From a virus (Duplodnaviria; Caudoviricetes), in IMG/VR virus record IMGVR_UViG_3300037470_000433, positions 1 to 57,852 of that record: DNA of 57,852 nt. One strand, 5' to 3'. Shown here piece after piece: positions 56,387-57,852 of the stretch. The notes below the pieces were generated by a model. The model had not been told where the DNA came from. It saw nothing but the letters and a program-made list of their open reading frames with translations, and did not search any database. The position numbers and the translations under genes were made by a program. Position 1 is the stretch's first letter; each line of letters starts with the position of its first letter.

Positions 56387-56566
56387 CTATTCAATGGTTC
56401 GAAGTTGACCATCCTCAGTGGCGCGCTCGATCTCATCCTCTGTAATCCGAAGGCTTTCAGAGCCCTCTGATATTCTTCCGAGCAGCACTATCTTCAGCGC
56501 CGCAGCGAGCGGAACCCCGAGACAGACAAAGCACTTTGCATCATTCAAAAGTGTTGGGTCAATCAT
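56387..56566 (-). CDS. 59-aa CxxC protein (below the ORF-track cutoff)
   Basis: MIDPTLLNDAKCFVCLGVPL…RITED…RATEDG; coupled to both neighbours. Confidence 0.6.
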   Translation of the reverse strand: MIDPTLLNDAKCFVCLGVPLAAALKIVLLGRISEGSESLRITEDEIERATEDGQLRTIE

Positions 56567-56808
56567 GTGGACGCCTGTGAAATTTTATCAAGCAACGCCA
56601 GTTCCATCATCTCGAACATGCTCATCGGCCCGTTGCACAAATAACATTGGGCGTACGCGAGCAACCCTTGCGGAGTTGCGTCTGCATCAGGGTCCAGATT
56701 CAGAAGAACCCGGCGCTCCTGAGCTAGGGTAATCATCTGCGTAAGCGACAGGTCGCCGTAGCAGGCGTAGCACTGGCCATCGGTAATCAATTCAGCGGGA
56801 GTTGCCAC
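56563..56808 (-). CDS. Small protein with two CxxC repeats
   Basis: ATPAELITDGQCYACYG and ATPQGLLAYAQCYLCNG. Confidence 0.65.
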   Translation of the reverse strand: MATPAELITDGQCYACYGDLSLTQMITLAQERRVLLNLDPDADATPQGLLAYAQCYLCNGPMSMFEMMELALLDKISQAST

Positions 56809-56810
56809 AG

Positions 56811-57101
56811 TTACCCCATCATTTCTTCCATGCCGCCAGACATGGCTTCTTGCATTTCTGCGCCCATTTCCTCGCCGGATTCAAACTCCTCCTCGGCGGC
56901 GTGCGGAACGTATTCCGCCTCCACCTGGTCGTCGTGAACCTTGGCGATTCGGATGGTGCATTCAGTTCCCGGTTCGAGGTCTTTGCCTTCAAAGAAATCA
57001 ATCGGGATGAGGGCGGTGCGAGTTTCTGCGGATGCGGGTGACGCTTCAGCCTCGGGCGCCTCTGCGAAATCCTCACCGTCAGACATGTAATCTTCGGCCA
57101 T
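56811..57101 (-). CDS. Small acidic protein downstream of the capsid gene
   Basis: Very rich in Glu/Asp; AAAGGAC leader. Confidence 0.65.
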   Translation of the reverse strand: MAEDYMSDGEDFAEAPEAEASPASAETRTALIPIDFFEGKDLEPGTECTIRIAKVHDDQVEAEYVPHAAEEEFESGEEMGAEMQEAMSGGMEEMMG

Positions 57102-57177
57102 GGCAGTCCTTTCAGCTTAGGAATGAGGCCGCCCTGGACATGAACAGCCAGGGCGGCCCACCAAACCAACCCACCAA

Positions 57178-57852
57178 TTATTCAGGGACCGGACCAGCTT
57201 CGTCGCCAGTCGGAACGCCATCACCATACAGCCCTTCAGGCGCAGGGCAAGGCGGCAATTCCGAGCTGTAGTTCTGCGTCGGGTAGCCCGGGCTCGTGCT
57301 GCACACGTCAATTTCCGGAATGCAGAACTGCTCACGCTTGTGGAAGTACACCCGCGCAAACTCCGTGTGGAGCGGGCGGACATAGTATTTGAACCACGCC
57401 GCGAAGCGGCCTTTGTTGCGCCACGCGTTGCCGATGACATTGCCTTCAGCGTCAGCGCCGAGGTTGTCCATCTGGAACTGCCACTTGCCACCGAAGTCGC
57501 GGTGACCGAAGGGCATTTCCGCGTTGAGCGGACTCGCATCCGGGACCAGGATTTCCATGGCCTTTTTGTGCCACTGGAAGCTGATCGCGTACTGCGCGAC
57601 GTCGTAGTCGGGATTGACATCACTGCCGATACCCGCCGCCCCACCCGCACCGGTCGTCACGCCGTTGGTAAACGGAAGGACCACCTGGTAGCGATAGCGA
57701 TTGCCATTGCCACTGTTGGCACCGGCGCCAAGGTCGGCGACGAAGTTGAACCGGAGGCCCATCTCATCAACGCGCACCATGTAGTTGCCGATCTGGCCGG
57801 AGAATCCGTAGCGCCAGTAGGCGTTGGCCGCGCCCCATTCGGTGAAGCGCCA
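57178..57852 (-). CDS. Major capsid protein, C-terminal part
   Basis: Continuation of the 913-start frame through the overlap (…NYMVRVDEMGLRFNF…AGPVPE). Confidence 0.75.
   Translation of the reverse strand, partial: WRFTEWGAANAYWRYGFSGQIGNYMVRVDEMGLRFNFVADLGAGANSGNGNRYRYQVVLPFTNGVTTGAGGAAGIGSDVNPDYDVAQYAISFQWHKKAMEILVPDASPLNAEMPFGHRDFGGKWQFQMDNLGADAEGNVIGNAWRNKGRFAAWFKYYVRPLHTEFARVYFHKREQFCIPEIDVCSTSPGYPTQNYSSELPPCPAPEGLYGDGVPTGDEAGPVPE
57726..57852. repeat. 127-bp terminal overlap (copy 2)
   Basis: Identical to 1-127. Confidence 0.95.

Overview
The window is an apparently complete circular dsDNA tailed-phage genome of about 57.7 kb. Bases 1-127 are repeated exactly at 57726-57852, and the major capsid gene runs across that junction. 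The minus-strand arm (35289 through the junction to 9.7 kb) encodes podovirus-like virion proteins: portal, scaffold, capsid, adaptor/nozzle, internal proteins including a 2629-aa giant, and a fibre. It also carries a radical-SAM/glycosyltransferase-like cassette. The plus-strand arm (9.8-35.3 kb) encodes accessory, early and replication genes: GroES, vWA, a Tad1-like sponge, Bet, a Cas4-like nuclease, a ParB-like protein, an SF2 helicase, SSB, primase and RusA. I found no integrase, DNA polymerase, clear endolysin or CRISPR. A Verrucomicrobiota host is a weak inference. Highlights: (1) the large terminase has two inteins, at Walker A and Walker B, each overprinted by a complete endonuclease gene in another frame (an antisense HNH and a +1-frame Vsr/DUF559-like nuclease). 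(2) A palindrome TCGGAWWTCCGA occurs 15 times exactly plus 3 near-matches around the whole genome, mostly inside genes and once inside the ParB-like gene. (3) There is a phage-borne Ubl-E2-E1-JAB ubiquitin-like conjugation operon. (4) An HNH insertion rebuilt the 5' end of its target gene with recoded codons. All functional calls come from motif recognition by eye; no searches were run.
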